DNA of 64,000 nucleotides from an uncultured delta proteobacterium (GTDB lineage Bacteria > Myxococcota_A > Polyangia > Palsa-1104), in the NCBI GenBank assembly GCA_963785725.1, contig CAWAWS010000007.1:608001-672000 (forward strand). The letters are read 5' to 3'. This document shows positions 1 through 9,001 of this stretch, one piece after another. The position numbers and the translations under genes were made by a program. A model generated the notes under the pieces. It did no database searches, was not told where the DNA came from, and saw only the letters and a program-made list of their open reading frames with translations. Position 1 is the first letter of the stretch. Each line of letters starts with the position of its first letter.

Positions 1-2
1 GT

Positions 3-977
3 CGCGCGCGTGCCCGCCGCCCAAATGAACCAGCCCGACGCCAGCGCCACCGCCACGAACGACGCCGCCACCCACACGTCGCGCCGCCGATCGGCGCGCG
101 CCGTCAGCGACGGGCCGCGTCGCGTCGGCTCGGGCACGACCACCGGCCCACCGAGGTCCGCCGGTCGCCACTCGGGCGGCGCCACGAACGCGCGCAGCTT
201 GTCGCGCCAGCGCCGCGTCTTTTGCGCCATCGCGCCCATCTCGGCCCAATAGTGGACGTTGGCCCACAGCGCGTTGAAGCTGCCGAGCGGCTTGACCAGC
301 CCGTAAATCGGCTCGTCGCCTTCGGGCTCGAACGTGCCGAACAGCCGATCCCACACGATCAAGATGCCGGCGTAGTTGCGATCGACGTAGCGCGGGTTGA
401 CGCCGTGATGCACGCGATGATGGGACGGCGTGTTCATCACCCACTCGACCGGCCCGAGCCGCGTGACCAGCCGCGTGTGAATGAAGAACTGATAGAGCGT
501 GTTGAGCGTCGTCATCGTCAAGAACATCGCCGGCGGAAAACCGGCGATCGCCAGCGGCACGTAGAAGATCCACGAGGTCAGCTGGCCGAACCAGCTCTGC
601 CTGAGCGCCACCGAGAAGTTGTACTCCTCCGACTGGTGATGCACGACGTGCCCGGCCCACAAGAAGTTCACGCGATGCGCTGCGCGGTGAAAGCAGTAGT
701 AGGCGAGATCGACGAGGACGAAGAGGGCCGCCCACGCGGCCAGCGAGCGCATCGGCAACGTCGCGACGCGGAAGTGGCGCCAGATGGCGGCGTAGATGCC
801 GACGGTGATGGGCACGGCGAAGGCGCCGATGACCTGCTCGCCCATGCCGTTGCCGAGGTTGCTGATGGCGTCGGCGAAGCGGTAGAGCTGCCGGCCGCGG
901 CGATGCGCGATCCACCATTCGACGCCGATGCAGGCGAAGAAGATGGGGATGGCGGCGACGATGAAGATCGAGTCCAT
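3..977 (-). CDS. Sterol desaturase / fatty-acid hydroxylase family protein (alkylglycerol monooxygenase-like); runs off the left edge
   Basis: Not in the ORF track because no stop falls in the window. Manual minus-strand translation from ATG 977: MDSIFIVAAIPIFFACIGVEWW..., with His boxes HRAAHRVNFLWAGHVVHHQSEEYN and HHRVHHGVNPRYVDRNYAG. Confidence 0.85.
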   Translation of the reverse strand, partial: MDSIFIVAAIPIFFACIGVEWWIAHRRGRQLYRFADAISNLGNGMGEQVIGAFAVPITVGIYAAIWRHFRVATLPMRSLAAWAALFVLVDLAYYCFHRAAHRVNFLWAGHVVHHQSEEYNFSVALRQSWFGQLTSWIFYVPLAIAGFPPAMFLTMTTLNTLYQFFIHTRLVTRLGPVEWVMNTPSHHRVHHGVNPRYVDRNYAGILIVWDRLFGTFEPEGDEPIYGLVKPLGSFNALWANVHYWAEMGAMAQKTRRWRDKLRAFVAPPEWRPADLGGPVVVPEPTRRGPSLTARADRRRDVWVAASFVAVALASGWFIWAAGTRA

Positions 978-1134
978 GCGAAGTGCGGCGCTGCTCCTAC
1001 GTTGGGTCGGTTCGGCGCTCAGCGCGGGTCGTCGGCGATAGTCGACGTACGCCGGCTCTCGATTATTGCGCGAATCGCTCGATTTTCAAGCAATACAGGC
1101 GCGTCCCACGTCCGGCTTAAGTAGCGACGCGGGG

Positions 1135-3762
1135 ATGCGCGCGCTAGACTGCCCGTATAAAAACGTGGCCGAAAAGCGTGTGACGAAAAATGTGGCTGAA
1201 AAGCGCCCGCAAAAGACGACGCAAAGGCTGCCGGCGGTCGGTGGCCGCCGTCGCTGGCTGCGCTGGGCTGCCTTCTTGACGTTGTCGGGCGTCGCCTTGG
1301 CGGCGGTCGGCGGCATCGGGCTGTTCGTCGTTTTGGCGGCCGATCCCGATCTGCCGCGCATCGACGCCGTCGCCGACTATCGCCCCAAAGTCGTCAGCAA
1401 AGTCATGTCCAGCGACGGCGAGCTCATCGGCGAAATCTACGAAGAGCGGCGCACGGTCGTCAGCCGCGATCGCATCCCGGCCGTCATGATCCACGCCATC
1501 GTCGACGCCGAGGACGCGCAGTTCTACGAGCACGGCGGCGTCAGCTATTGGGGCATCTTCCGCGCGCTCGTCGACGATTTGCGGCCGGGCGCGCGCATGC
1601 GCGGCGCGTCGACGCTGACGCAGCAGCTGGTGCGCAACTTGATCCTCAAGAACTCGACGCGCGGCGGCTTCGCCGGCGTCAAGCGCAAGGTGCAGGAGAT
1701 GATCCTGGCCAAGCGCCTCGAGTCGAAGCTCTCGAAAGACGAAATCCTTTATTTATATTTGAATCAAATCGATTTTCCTTATCTGCGATATGGCGTGGAA
1801 GAGGCGGCGCAGTTCTATTTCGGCAAGTCGATCCACGACGTCGACGCCGGGGAAGCGGCGCTGCTGGCGTCGCTGCCGAAAGGACCGAGCGAGATCGATC
1901 CGTGGAAGCATCCCGATCGCGCCAAAGATCGCCAGCGCTATGTCTTGTCGCAAATGGTTCGCTACGGCCATTTGTCGGATGCCGAAGGGCGTAAGTTTGC
2001 CAGCTTGCCGATTCGGCTGGTGAAGCCGTCGACGACGGCGGTGGGCACGGCGCCCGAGTTCGTCGACGAAGTGCGCCGCGTGTTGACCGAGCGTTACGGC
2101 GCCAAGCGGCTGGCGACGCTCGGGCTCACGGTGGTGACGACGTGCGACGCCAAGATCCAGAAGCTGGCGCGCGACGCGGTCGAGAAGGGGCTCGTCGATT
2201 TGGACGCGCGGCAGGGCTATCGCAAGCCGCTGGCGCGGCTGAAGGGCACGCAGATCGCGGCGCACGAGAAGAAGCTGGCGCAGCAGTTTCCGTCGGGGCC
2301 GGGGCGCGACAAGATCGTCGAAGGCGTCGTCGAGAAGGTCGTCATCGGCGGCGCGGCCAAGGCCGGCGACGATGAAGAGGACAGCAGCGACGGCGAGAGT
2401 GGCGATCGGCGCACCAAAGGGCGCGGCGGGCCGCAGCCGCATCGGCCGGGACAGGCGGCGCCGGCGCCGACCACCGCGCCGACGGCGAAGGCGCTGACGA
2501 TGCCCAAGCCCGACGATCATTCGCACGATGGCGACGGCGCGCTCGTGTCGTTGGGCGCCAAGACGGGCTGGCTGCCGCTGCCGTCGACGGTCGATCGCTA
2601 TAATCCGAAGGGGCTCGTCGCCGACAAGCGCTTTGCCGTCGGTGATGTCATTCGCGTGCGCGTGCTCGACTTTCCCAAGGACAAGCCGGCGCTGTTGGCG
2701 CTCGAGCTCGGGCCGCAGGCGGCGGTGGTCGTGCTCGATCCGAACACGCGCGAGGTCAAGGCGCTCGTCGGTGGCTACGGCTATCATCCGGGCGGGTTCG
2801 ATCGCGCGATCTACGCCAAGCGGCAGCCGGGCTCGTCGTTCAAGCCGTTCGTGTATACGGCGGCGTTCGCCACCGAGAAGTGGACGCCGGCCTCGGTGCT
2901 CGTCGACGGGCCGCAGACCTACGTGTCGCCGGGATTGGCGCCGTGGAAGCCGCAGAACGCCGAGAAAGAGCAGTTCATGGGCCCGGTGCGTCTGCGCGTG
3001 GCGTTGGCGCGCTCGCTGAACACGGTGGCGTCACAGCTCGTCGACACGACGCGCGGCGGCGTCGATCCGGCGGCCGTCGCCAGCCTGGCGCATGACCTCG
3101 GCGTCGAGTCGAGCTTGGAGGCCAATCCGTCGCTGGCCTTGGGCACGTCGGTGGTGTCGCCGTACGAGCTGGCGAACGCGTATGCGACCTTCGCGGCCAA
3201 CGGCAAGCGCATGGCGCCGCAGCTCATCAAGCAGATCGGGTCCGAAGTCGAGCCGTCGCCGACGGCGCAAGTGACGCAGGCGCTCAAGCCGGAGCTGGCG
3301 TATCTGATCACCAACGTCATGCAGTCGGTCATCGACGAGGGCACGGCGCAGTCGGCCAAGGGCAAGCTCGGGCGGCCGGCGGCGGGCAAGACGGGCACGA
3401 CCAACCTCGACAAGAAGCGGCCCGACGCGTGGTTCATGGGCTTTACGCCCAATCTCGTGACCGGCGTGTGGGTGGGCTTCGACGACATGCGCGACCTCGG
3501 CCACGGCGAACAGGGCGCGCGCGCGGCGCTGCCGATGTGGGTCGAGATCATGCAAGGCGCGCTCAAAGGCACGCCGCCGCAGCCGTTCGCGCAGCCGCCG
3601 GGCATCGTCGTGCAGAAGATCGATCCGGTGTCGGGCCTGTTGGCGGCGCCGGGCTCGACGAGCATCGACGAGGTGTTCCTCGAAGGCACGGCGCCGACGG
3701 AGGTCGCGCCCGTGCAAGGCGAGGCCAATCCCGACACGTTCATCACCGATCAAGCGCAATAA
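1135..3762 (+). CDS. mrcA: Class A penicillin-binding protein (PBP1A family)
   Basis: N-terminal TM. GT51 motifs EDAQFYEHGG, GASTLTQQL, RKVQE, LYLN. Transpeptidase motifs SSFK, SLN, KTGT. Start uncertain (1135-1180). Confidence 0.9.
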   Translation: MRALDCPYKNVAEKRVTKNVAEKRPQKTTQRLPAVGGRRRWLRWAAFLTLSGVALAAVGGIGLFVVLAADPDLPRIDAVADYRPKVVSKVMSSDGELIGEIYEERRTVVSRDRIPAVMIHAIVDAEDAQFYEHGGVSYWGIFRALVDDLRPGARMRGASTLTQQLVRNLILKNSTRGGFAGVKRKVQEMILAKRLESKLSKDEILYLYLNQIDFPYLRYGVEEAAQFYFGKSIHDVDAGEAALLASLPKGPSEIDPWKHPDRAKDRQRYVLSQMVRYGHLSDAEGRKFASLPIRLVKPSTTAVGTAPEFVDEVRRVLTERYGAKRLATLGLTVVTTCDAKIQKLARDAVEKGLVDLDARQGYRKPLARLKGTQIAAHEKKLAQQFPSGPGRDKIVEGVVEKVVIGGAAKAGDDEEDSSDGESGDRRTKGRGGPQPHRPGQAAPAPTTAPTAKALTMPKPDDHSHDGDGALVSLGAKTGWLPLPSTVDRYNPKGLVADKRFAVGDVIRVRVLDFPKDKPALLALELGPQAAVVVLDPNTREVKALVGGYGYHPGGFDRAIYAKRQPGSSFKPFVYTAAFATEKWTPASVLVDGPQTYVSPGLAPWKPQNAEKEQFMGPVRLRVALARSLNTVASQLVDTTRGGVDPAAVASLAHDLGVESSLEANPSLALGTSVVSPYELANAYATFAANGKRMAPQLIKQIGSEVEPSPTAQVTQALKPELAYLITNVMQSVIDEGTAQSAKGKLGRPAAGKTGTTNLDKKRPDAWFMGFTPNLVTGVWVGFDDMRDLGHGEQGARAALPMWVEIMQGALKGTPPQPFAQPPGIVVQKIDPVSGLLAAPGSTSIDEVFLEGTAPTEVAPVQGEANPDTFITDQAQ

Positions 3763-3781
3763 CCGCGGCAAAGCGGCGCGC

Positions 3782-3808
3782 GGAACTTTCGGCACGCGCC
3801 GCTGTCCA
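3782..3808 (+). promoter_or_regulatory. Putative ECF sigma (sigmaE-like) promoter
   Basis: GGAACTT at 3782-3788 and GTCCA at 3804-3808 with canonical spacing. The predicted TSS falls at about ATG 3815. Confidence 0.5.
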
Positions 3809-3814
3809 TCGGGC

Positions 3815-5374
3815 ATGGGCGTGCTTCTCGGTCCGTGGCCGTTCCTGGTCGGTGGCGCGACGGCGGTGGAAGTGACGCTGCGGCTCGACGGCGACGTGGT
3901 CGAGCAGCGCTATCTGTGGCGCGGCGGCGACGACCGGGCGTTTCGCGACGGCGACGGCCTCGTGCGCGTGCGCAGCTGCGAGGACGGCTTCGAGCTGCTC
4001 GTCCACGGTGTCTGCGACGGCGTCGTGCGTGTCGGCGAGCGGCAGGTGTCGCTGCGCGAGCTGACGTTGTGCGGCGTCGCCGCGGTGCCGCTTGGGCCGA
4101 GCACGACGGCGCGGCTGCGCTTGGGCGCGACCGAGCTGCACGTCGCGGCGACGACGGCGCCGCGCAAGCTGGCGTTGGCGCCGCGGCGCTCGGCGCGCGA
4201 GCTGGCGACGCTGGCGGTCGGCGCGGCGGCGGCGCTCGTGTGCGCGTTCGGAGTCGTGGTCACGATGAACGCGCCGCCGCGCAAGCTCGACTGGCAGCTG
4301 CGCTACGACGACTGGCTGGCGCGGCTGACCCACGGTCACGCCGAAGGTGCGCTCGTGAAGTTTTACGCGGTCACGGCGCCGCCGACGCGCGCCAAGGACG
4401 CGCCGGCCGCGCGCCCGAACGACGTGGCGCCGGCAAAACCGGCGACGCCCGCGGCGAAAGCGGCCGCGAACTCAGCCGCTGCCCACGATGCCGAAGGCGC
4501 GGCCACGCGCAGACGCGACGCGGATTTCGCGCCCGAAACGGCCGCCAAGTCCGCGCTGACGCTGGCGCGAGCGGATGCGCCGTCTGCATCGGCTGCAGCC
4601 CGTGCCAGCGCCGGTGCCGCGCGATCGAACGCCGCCGGCGTCGTCGGTGCGCTCGCGCGTTGGCGCGCGGAATTCTTGGGCGACGAGCGCGTCTCCGACG
4701 CCGTCGAGCTGGCGTTGAGCGATCGCCGCGCCTTCGACGCCGACGCGACCGGCGCAAACAGCGGCGGCGCGAGCGGCGGCAGCGCGAGCGGCGACAGCGC
4801 GAACAGCGGCAGCGCGAGCGGAACCGCCAGCGCCACCAACAGCAGCGACGACGCCGGCGGCCTCGGCCTCAGCGGCGTCGGCGCAGGCGGCGGCGGCGAC
4901 GACACGATCGCCATCGGCAACTTGGGCACCATCGGCCATGGCAGCGGCAGCGGCAGCGGCTTCGGCTACGGTCGCGCCGCCGGCCGCCTGCATCGCAGCA
5001 GCGACGACAGCGAATTCGGCGAAGGCGCCGGCTTCCAAGGCGGCTTCACGATCGCTTGTCCCGCCGCCGATGCCGTCGTCGTGCCCTCGAGCTGCGACGC
5101 CGAGCTCATCCGCCGCGTCGTGCGCGCCCACGTCAACGAAGTGCGCTTCTGTTACGAACGGGCGCTGCAGTCGCGCCCCGAGCTCACCGGTCGCGTCGTC
5201 ACGCAGTTTCACATCGCGGCCGACGGCAGCGCCGCCGACGCCGCCGTCGCCAGCTCGACGCTGGCCGACGCGCGTGTCGGCGCTTGCGTCGCCGGCGCCG
5301 TTCGTCGCTGGGAATTCCCGCGCTGCGCCGCGCAGGTCAGCTATCCGTTCGTCTTCGTCCCCAGCGGCGACTGA
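3815..5374 (+). CDS. AgmX/PglI C-terminal (TonB-like) domain protein, GltG/GltJ-like
   Basis: Central TM, Gly/Ser-rich linker (GGLGLSGVGAGGGG, GNLGTIGHGSG), C-terminal IRRVVRAHVNEVRFCYERALQSRPELTGRV...WEFP...VSYPFVF. Confidence 0.8.
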   Translation: MGVLLGPWPFLVGGATAVEVTLRLDGDVVEQRYLWRGGDDRAFRDGDGLVRVRSCEDGFELLVHGVCDGVVRVGERQVSLRELTLCGVAAVPLGPSTTARLRLGATELHVAATTAPRKLALAPRRSARELATLAVGAAAALVCAFGVVVTMNAPPRKLDWQLRYDDWLARLTHGHAEGALVKFYAVTAPPTRAKDAPAARPNDVAPAKPATPAAKAAANSAAAHDAEGAATRRRDADFAPETAAKSALTLARADAPSASAAARASAGAARSNAAGVVGALARWRAEFLGDERVSDAVELALSDRRAFDADATGANSGGASGGSASGDSANSGSASGTASATNSSDDAGGLGLSGVGAGGGGDDTIAIGNLGTIGHGSGSGSGFGYGRAAGRLHRSSDDSEFGEGAGFQGGFTIACPAADAVVVPSSCDAELIRRVVRAHVNEVRFCYERALQSRPELTGRVVTQFHIAADGSAADAAVASSTLADARVGACVAGAVRRWEFPRCAAQVSYPFVFVPSGD

Positions 5375-5423
5375 CGAAACGGCGGCACCTGTCGAAGTGT
5401 AAGCGGAGCGAAGTCGTGCGGAA

Positions 5424-5849
5424 TTATTCGGAGGCGAGGCGCTCTTTGACGAAGTGGCTCTTGCGCTCGCCGCGCAGCCGCTCTTGCCATTCCTGCGCGT
5501 CTTGCAAGTGGCGACCTTCCGGCCACACCGTCGCATAGCGCTGCAACAGCGCGCAGCCGGCGGCGACCTCTTTGCCGCGCGCCGCGCCCAGCAGCGACGA
5601 GAAGTAGCCGTCGTCGAGCGCCTCTACTTCCACGACCTGCGTCACGACATCGAGCACTTTGGTCTGCTCGAAGTCGGCGCAGGCTTCCTCGTAACGCTCG
5701 AGCCACGCCAACGCCGTGGCGCGCTCGAACCAATGCTCGGAATTCTTCGGCTCGCGCGCGATCGCGTCCGTCGCCGCCGTGACCGCTGCTTCGTAATCTT
5801 CGCCGTCGATCAACGCGGCTGCCTGCGAACGCCCGTACTGAAGAGACAT
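5424..5849 (-). CDS. Small tetratricopeptide-repeat protein
   Basis: TPR-like EHWFERATALAWLERYEEACADF; 2 nt downstream of yajQ. Confidence 0.75.
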   Translation of the reverse strand: MSLQYGRSQAAALIDGEDYEAAVTAATDAIAREPKNSEHWFERATALAWLERYEEACADFEQTKVLDVVTQVVEVEALDDGYFSSLLGAARGKEVAAGCALLQRYATVWPEGRHLQDAQEWQERLRGERKSHFVKERLASE

Positions 5850-5851
5850 CG

Positions 5852-6337
5852 TTACTCCCGGAAGTTGATGAACTGTAAATCGAGACCGACATCGGCGCCG
5901 CGCAACAAGCGAATCGCCGCCTGCAAATCGTCTTTGTTCTTGCCGGTCACGCGCACTTGCTCGTCCTGAATCTGCGCCTGCACCTTGAGCTTGGCGTCTT
6001 TGATGAGCTTGACCAGCTCTTTTCCTTTTTCCGTCGAGATGCCGTCTTTGATCTCGATGAGCTGGCGCATCGACTGCTTGGCCGCCGGCTCGGGATCGTG
6101 CGGCTCGAGCGACTTCAGCGACACGCCGCGCTTGACGAACTTCTCCATCAACACTTTGTAAGCCGCCGACAAATGTTCCTTATCGGCCGACTTGAGCGTG
6201 ATGCCCTTTTCGTCGCGATCGATCTCGCTCTCGGTGCCGCGAAAGTCGTAACGCGTCGTCAGCTCCTTCTTCACTTGATTGACGGCGTTATCGACTTCTT
6301 GCGTATCGACTTTGCTGACTACGTCAAACGACGGCAT
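5852..6337 (-). CDS. yajQ: YajQ family nucleotide / cyclic-di-GMP-binding protein
   Basis: MPSFDVVS...VDNAVNQ...RYDFRG...KVQAQIQDEQVRVTGKNKDDLQ...LQFINFRE signature; 161 aa. Confidence 0.95.
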   Translation of the reverse strand: MPSFDVVSKVDTQEVDNAVNQVKKELTTRYDFRGTESEIDRDEKGITLKSADKEHLSAAYKVLMEKFVKRGVSLKSLEPHDPEPAAKQSMRQLIEIKDGISTEKGKELVKLIKDAKLKVQAQIQDEQVRVTGKNKDDLQAAIRLLRGADVGLDLQFINFRE

Positions 6338-6338
6338 C

Positions 6339-7316
6339 TTATTTCTCCGACGGCGCCGCCGCGCGCAGCGTCTCGGCGATTTCGGCGGCGAACGTGCGCG
6401 CCTTGGGCAGCTCGCTCACCGGCAGCGACACCGCGCCGACGACCGGATGACCGCCGCCGCCATATTTCTCGCACAGCTGCGCGATATTGACGGTGCGGCG
6501 CTGGCTCGCCCACGGATTCGAGCCCACCGACACTTTGGCGCGCGACGTCGTCAGCGACACGCCGACAACATAGTGACAATCGGGAAAGAGGAAATAGGGG
6601 ATGAACTTGTTGTAGGCGTCGAGCCCGTCGTCGGCGACATCGAACGTGACCACGCCATGCTCGTATTTCGCGCGCGCGCGCACGACGTCGATGCCGCGCT
6701 TGTGCTGCGCCAACACCGGCTTGAGCGCGTCGACGACATAGGGCGAGGCCGCGATCTCGGGAATCGGCTTCGACACCAGCTCGTCGATGAAGCGCAGCTT
6801 CAGCGCCGGATCCTGGTTGTTCTCGACCCACGTCATGAGCTGCAGCGCCGGCTCCGCCAGCTCCACGGCCGCTTTCGGGCTCTCGAACTGCGCGCCGTCG
6901 ATGATGTCGGCCCAATGCACGAGATCGGTATGCGCCGAATAATCCCAGCCGAACGTCTTCCGGCACGTCTCGGCCAGGTATTTCGTGCAGCTGCGCGCCT
7001 TCGGATCGAAGAATTTGTGCGCGCTCGGATGCGTGCGGAAGTGCTCTTCGTCGGCGGGCGTCGGAAACGCCGAGACGTGATGGTCGAACCACCATTCGAG
7101 GCGCGGATCCGACGAATAACGGAAGTCGACGACGGTGTTGACGTCGCCGTCGAAGCTGCCCTCGGCGTAGACGTTGCCGGTGCCGTGCGTCTTGCCGCTG
7201 AAGCTGAAGATGGCGCTGGCGTCGATGCGGTCGACGTAAAAGCGCGAGAAGAGCGCGGCCGATGCGGCACCATCGAAACAATTGTCGTGGAACAGCACCT
7301 TCACGCGCGGCGGCAT
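6339..7316 (-). CDS. DHH/DHHA1 family phosphoesterase
   Basis: Motifs HDNCFDG, VVDF, WWFDHH and C-terminal GGGGH; GGAG RBS upstream. Confidence 0.85.
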   Translation of the reverse strand: MPPRVKVLFHDNCFDGAASAALFSRFYVDRIDASAIFSFSGKTHGTGNVYAEGSFDGDVNTVVDFRYSSDPRLEWWFDHHVSAFPTPADEEHFRTHPSAHKFFDPKARSCTKYLAETCRKTFGWDYSAHTDLVHWADIIDGAQFESPKAAVELAEPALQLMTWVENNQDPALKLRFIDELVSKPIPEIAASPYVVDALKPVLAQHKRGIDVVRARAKYEHGVVTFDVADDGLDAYNKFIPYFLFPDCHYVVGVSLTTSRAKVSVGSNPWASQRRTVNIAQLCEKYGGGGHPVVGAVSLPVSELPKARTFAAEIAETLRAAAPSEK

Positions 7317-7371
7317 GCTCCGTGCTTCTCACATTCGCGACCACTCGCGCAAGGTGCTAACGTCCGCCTCC

Positions 7372-7812
7372 ATGCGTAGCTGGTACCTCGGCTTTCACCT
7401 CATCGGCGTCGTGTTGTGGATGGGCGGCCTTTTGACGTTCTCGCGCATCCTGGGCTACCACTCGAAAGAGGCGCCGGCGGTGCGGCCGCGCTTCAGCTTC
7501 CTCGAGGGGCGCTTGAACGGCCTGGTGGCGCTGCCGGGCGCGGTCTTGACCATCCTGTTCGGCGTCTTGATGACCGTCGATTACGGGCGCGCCTGGTTTC
7601 GCGTCGCCATGTGGCTGCACATCAAGCTGACGTTCGTCCTCGTCGTGCTTGCGATTCACGTGTTCTTGACGGTGAAGCAGCGGCAAGTGGCCAAGCAGAA
7701 CCCCGACATCCCGCTCAATCGCGCGCTCTACGCGTCGCTGCACGGGATTATCGGGCTGCTCGTCATCGTGATTATTCTGCTGGCGACGCATCAGCCGATG
7801 TCGCAGCAGTAA
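7372..7812 (+). CDS. hemJ: HemJ/CopD-like membrane protein (putative protoporphyrinogen IX oxidase)
   Basis: Four TM segments; FHLIGVVLWMGGL...RILGYH and WLHIKL motifs resemble HemJ. Confidence 0.65.
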   Translation: MRSWYLGFHLIGVVLWMGGLLTFSRILGYHSKEAPAVRPRFSFLEGRLNGLVALPGAVLTILFGVLMTVDYGRAWFRVAMWLHIKLTFVLVVLAIHVFLTVKQRQVAKQNPDIPLNRALYASLHGIIGLLVIVIILLATHQPMSQQ

Positions 7813-7840
7813 GTCGCTTTCTACGCCTATACTTGGGCCC

Positions 7841-9001
7841 GTGATTTTGCACGTCGACCTGGACGCGTTCTTCGCGTCCGTCGAGCAGCGCGATCGGCCG
7901 GAGCTGCGCGGCCGGCCGGTGCTCGTCGGCGGCGCCGGCGCGCGCTCGGTCGTCACGGCGGCGTCGTACGAAGCGCGGCCTTACGGCTGTCGCAGCGCGA
8001 TGCCGATGGTGACGGCGCGCCGCTTGTGTCCGCAGGCGATCGTCGTGCCGCCGCGCATGAGCGTCTACGCGGCCGAGTCGGAGAAGTTTCACGCCGTGCT
8101 CGATCGCTATACGCCGCTGGTGGAGCCGATCTCGATCGACGAGGCGTTCCTCGACGTCACCGGCTGCGAGCGGCTGCTCGGCGACGCCGCCACGATCGCG
8201 CACGCCATTCGCCGCGACGTGCGCGACGAGCTGCAGCTGGCGGCGTCGGTGGGCGCGGCGGCCGTGAAGTTCGTCGCCAAGATCGCGTCCGATCTGGCCA
8301 AGCCCGACGGGTTCAAGCTCGTGCCCGCCGAAGAGACGGTCGCGTTTCTCGAGCCGCTGCCGGTAGAGCGGCTGTTCGGCGTGGGGCCGAAGACGGCGAC
8401 GCAGCTGCGCGCGCTCGGCCTGACGACGTTGGGACAGATCGCGCGCCATCCGCCGGCAGCGCTGGCGGCGCGGCTCGGCAAGACCCACGCCGAGGCGCTC
8501 TTGGCGTTGGCGCGCGGTCAAGATGCGCGCGCGGTCGTGACCGATCGCGCCGCCGTGTCGGTCGGCGCCGAAGAGACGTTCGCCAAAGACTTGACCGACG
8601 GTCCCGAGCTGCGCCGCCACGTGACCGCGCAGGCCGAGCGCGTGGCCGAGCGGCTGCGACGCGCGGGGCAGCTCGGCGGCGCCATCGTGCTCAAGCTGAA
8701 AGATCCGCAGTTTCACATCACGACGCGGCGGCGCACGCTGCCGGCGCCGACGGCCGATGGGCGCGTCATCGTGCGCGTGGCGCTCGAGCTGCTCGACGCC
8801 GCGCACGTCGTGGCGCCGGGCGTGCGCTTGTCGGGCGTGTCGGCGACGGCGCTGGCGGCGACCGATGGGCCGCGACAACTGGGGCTCGACGAGCCCGAAC
8901 GACAAAAAGGCGAGCGCCTCGGCGCGACGCTCGATCGCATCCGCGATCGCTTCGGATCGGACGCGGTGGCCCGCGCCGAGCTGCTCAAAGAGGACGAGTG
9001 A
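7841..9001 (+). CDS. dinB: DNA polymerase IV (Y family)
   Basis: ILHVDLDAFFASVEQ, AASYEAR, SIDEAFLD, AKIASD..KPDG; C-terminal QLGL clamp-like motif. Confidence 0.95.
   Translation: MILHVDLDAFFASVEQRDRPELRGRPVLVGGAGARSVVTAASYEARPYGCRSAMPMVTARRLCPQAIVVPPRMSVYAAESEKFHAVLDRYTPLVEPISIDEAFLDVTGCERLLGDAATIAHAIRRDVRDELQLAASVGAAAVKFVAKIASDLAKPDGFKLVPAEETVAFLEPLPVERLFGVGPKTATQLRALGLTTLGQIARHPPAALAARLGKTHAEALLALARGQDARAVVTDRAAVSVGAEETFAKDLTDGPELRRHVTAQAERVAERLRRAGQLGGAIVLKLKDPQFHITTRRRTLPAPTADGRVIVRVALELLDAAHVVAPGVRLSGVSATALAATDGPRQLGLDEPERQKGERLGATLDRIRDRFGSDAVARAELLKEDE

Noticed and set aside
222..1124. 300-aa plus-strand ORF
   Set aside because: Antisense shadow of the minus-strand desaturase gene, which carries the real His-box motifs.
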